A stretch of 51,119 nt of DNA from Nemertoderma westbladi (taxonomy: Eukaryota > Animalia > Xenacoelomorpha), in the NCBI GenBank assembly GCA_032718475.1, contig JAUCBJ010003090.1, forward strand, positions 1 to 51,119. The letters run 5' to 3'. Below the pieces are notes generated by a model. It searched no databases, had not been told where the DNA came from, and saw only the letters and a program-made list of their open reading frames with translations. Each line of letters opens with the position of its first letter. Position 1 is the first letter of the stretch. Shown here piece by piece: positions 48,625 to 51,119 of the stretch. The position numbers and the translations under genes were made by a program.

Positions 48625-49095
48625 ATGACTCGATGGCAAGACGTAGGTGACGATATTCTGGATTCTCTCGAAATCCTTAAAAACGAATTGAAATCCCTCA
48701 GTGGTATCAAAGACGACGTCGCGGCAATAAAAGATACTCTAAAGATTATCCCCGGCATGATAAAAAACATTGATCGCCCTATTATAATACGCTTTCTAGG
48801 CCACGCTTCTCGACTACAAGCTATCCGGAGTAAAAAATCGTTGCCAAATCCGTTATACGTAACGGAACATCTAATTCCATCCCATGCTGAGCTGTACAAC
48901 AAAGCGCGTGAGCTACAACGTAAACACGAAATATGAGCGGTATATTCATTCAATGGAGTTGTTATGATTCGCATTAAAGAAAATGATTTACCACTGCGCA
49001 TTGCGAACCAATCCGACCTTGAGTCGTTGACTACCCTACCAACTAGGAAAACCATTGATCGTCGTAGCCCACCAACCCCAAACTCTTCCGGATAA
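48625..49095 (+). pseudogene. LINE ORF1-like remnant (internal deletion, in-frame stop at 48934-48936)
   Basis: Coiled-coil start, RPIIIRF, LYVTEHL...ELYNKAREL, then *AVYSFNGVVMIR...LRIANQSDL. Confidence 0.7.
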
Positions 49096-49502
49096 TTGTA
49101 GCCTAACTCGACACTGAATGCAGTGTTGAGCGATGTCATGTACTACCCACTTGTACTGTTGCAGCTTCATTTCACCTATTGGTCGTGGGCTATTACTGTA
49201 CTATTGGCTCTGTTAGCCTTTAATTTGTTGTTATTCTATGTAAGCGTACCGGTATCGTAGGTTAACAATTTTTTTTGAAGGGATAATAATTGAACTTATA
49301 TATGTTTCAACCATAGATCCATTTGGACTATTTAACAGAAAGATAATAATCGCCACAAATGAAAAACACTAGCCCTACCTCTAAGTTTTGAACGGACCAA
49401 TCTTTACTTTATTTTATTTTCTTTCTGATGAAAACTTTTATTACGGATAAAGTCAAATTTAAATTAATACTGTTTTTGATTATCCCATCCACACATATAT
49501 AT

Positions 49503-51092
49503 GGGCAATTCCATAGTGTCGGACGTTACAACATTTTTAAAAATGATCATGTTTTCAGTTAATATATTTTAAGAAAGTAATTTTCAGAGATCGTATTAGC
49601 ATTTGAAATTGAGGAAATTTATCGAAGTTTTGGACTGTTACATAGTCACTACTGAATATTGCGTGCCTGTATAAGCATTTGGATTTCAAAAAAAGGTGTC
49701 GGACGTTACCCAAAAAGGACACAATTTTTTGCTAGATTTTTATATTGCTTCTCAAATGATGCCGATTGGAGCTATAAAGGCGATGTGCCGCTGGAAACAA
49801 AAACAAACCTTCTTTTTTTAAGATTGTGGGGTCTGCTACTTCAAATGGGAACCACAAGCAATGTAAACTACAATGTAAGCGATGAGGAATGGTGTCGGAC
49901 GTTACAGACACTGGTGTCGGACGTTACAAATTTAGATATTACCTACAGTTGTTCTATGTATAAGTCCCTTTATTCTAAAACCTAGGCAGATCTTCATCGC
50001 CAAACGCACTGACTTCAAAGCGATGAGTACTGCGCATTCTCGCTGTCCCTCCTGCCGATTTGATTTTTATCCTTTCCAATCGTTTTCTTTTGCCTCCTTT
50101 TGTTTCAATTCAGCTAACTTTCCATCTTCAATTGCTTTGAGGTTTTGCCGTTCTCTGCGTTCTCTACACTTCTGAGCGTTTGACTTCGGCATCTTTTTTA
50201 TTAGTCTTTATATTATTGGTTATTAGCTACCTGTATTTGTTCTCTACTGTATTCTCTATTAGTTATCGACGGGTAAATCTCAATGGACTGGACATGCGAT
50301 ACTTCTGTAAATGTATTAATCCTACTGGATATTTTTTCTATAAGTACATTATAAATGCGGGCATTTGACACGTGTGCAGTATAATACAGGAAAGGCCTAC
50401 TAACAGTAGGCCTACTGCAGCAGTGCACCTCATCTTTCTTCAAACACACTTCAAAATTGCCACTAAAACAAATAAGTATGAATATCATTATTGCAATGGG
50501 GGAAGAGACACGTTTCAACCAATACACGAACAGTGTCGGACGTTACATAGTGTCGGACGTTACACCTCTTTAATTGGCCATAGTTCAATGCATTGCTTTT
50601 CATGTTAACCATTCTTGTGATAGTGTAGCGCCATCTTGCGTGGGCATGAAGAGAAAGAAAACTATTTTGTCAATTGGCTATTAGGAAAAAAATCAGAGAA
50701 AGAATTGTCAAAAAAAGTGTCGGACGTTACATTTTGAGGAGGGGAAGGCTATTTCTGTATTAAATGAGATCTGCTAAGGTACTATATCTCAAAGTTCATG
50801 CCGTTAAATTCTACAGATCCCAGGCTTTACGTTGGTACCAAACAATGTATACTTTTGCTGTTCCAGTTTGAATTCCAAGCTCTTCAAAATATGAAATTTT
50901 TGATACCAAATTTAGAAAAATTATCGGGTGTCCAAATTTTGGACTAATTGTCAATCAAAACTTCGGAAATTGCAAATAATTTTTACAAATTCAGAAAATT
51001 CACATATTTTTACTACAGATAGGCTACTAAAACAGTGTTTTCAGTGTCGTTTTATTTTGAGTTAATGTGTCCCACTTTCCATGAAAATGCCC
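49503..51092. mobile_element. Non-autonomous DNA transposon (~1.6 kb), superfamily uncertain
   Basis: Imperfect TIR GGGCAATTCCAT / ATGAAAATGCCC in (AT)n flanks; seven copies of GTGTCGGACGTTAC. Confidence 0.7.
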
Positions 51093-51119
51093 ATATATAT
51101 ATATATTACTGTTAGTCCT

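Noticed and set aside
49659-50608. Several short ORFs inside the terminal DNA element
   Set aside because: No recognisable transposase motifs; mostly non-ATG starts.

Overview
AT-rich eukaryotic (probably invertebrate animal) genomic DNA made almost entirely of nested mobile elements. The main feature is a full-length but decayed Polinton/Maverick (adintovirus-like endogenous virus) at 2040-29692. It has AGTAGT...ACTACT termini, ~500-bp terminal inverted repeats (TIRs) and a perfect 6-bp target-site duplication (TSD), GTCTTA. Its + strand block encodes a RING protein, packaging ATPase, adenovirus pX-like protein, integrase, two penton paralogues, a pVI/pVII-like core protein, major capsid, adenain protease and a DEDD-like nuclease. 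Its - strand block encodes a PC4-like protein, protein-primed PolB and a divergent two-repeat TATA-binding-protein (TBP)-like gene, which is the most interesting item. A 9.7-kb CACTA/EnSpm transposon (BEN-domain ORF plus a transposase split by a Helentron-like insert) sits in the middle of the Polinton. Downstream, a 12.9-kb foldback-type element carries a 9.2-kb TTAGGG-containing 24-bp satellite and a second foldback element with an expanded 14-bp array. Remnants of copia, LINE ORF1 and several MITEs/SINEs follow. All family calls come from motif recognition by eye; no database searches were run.
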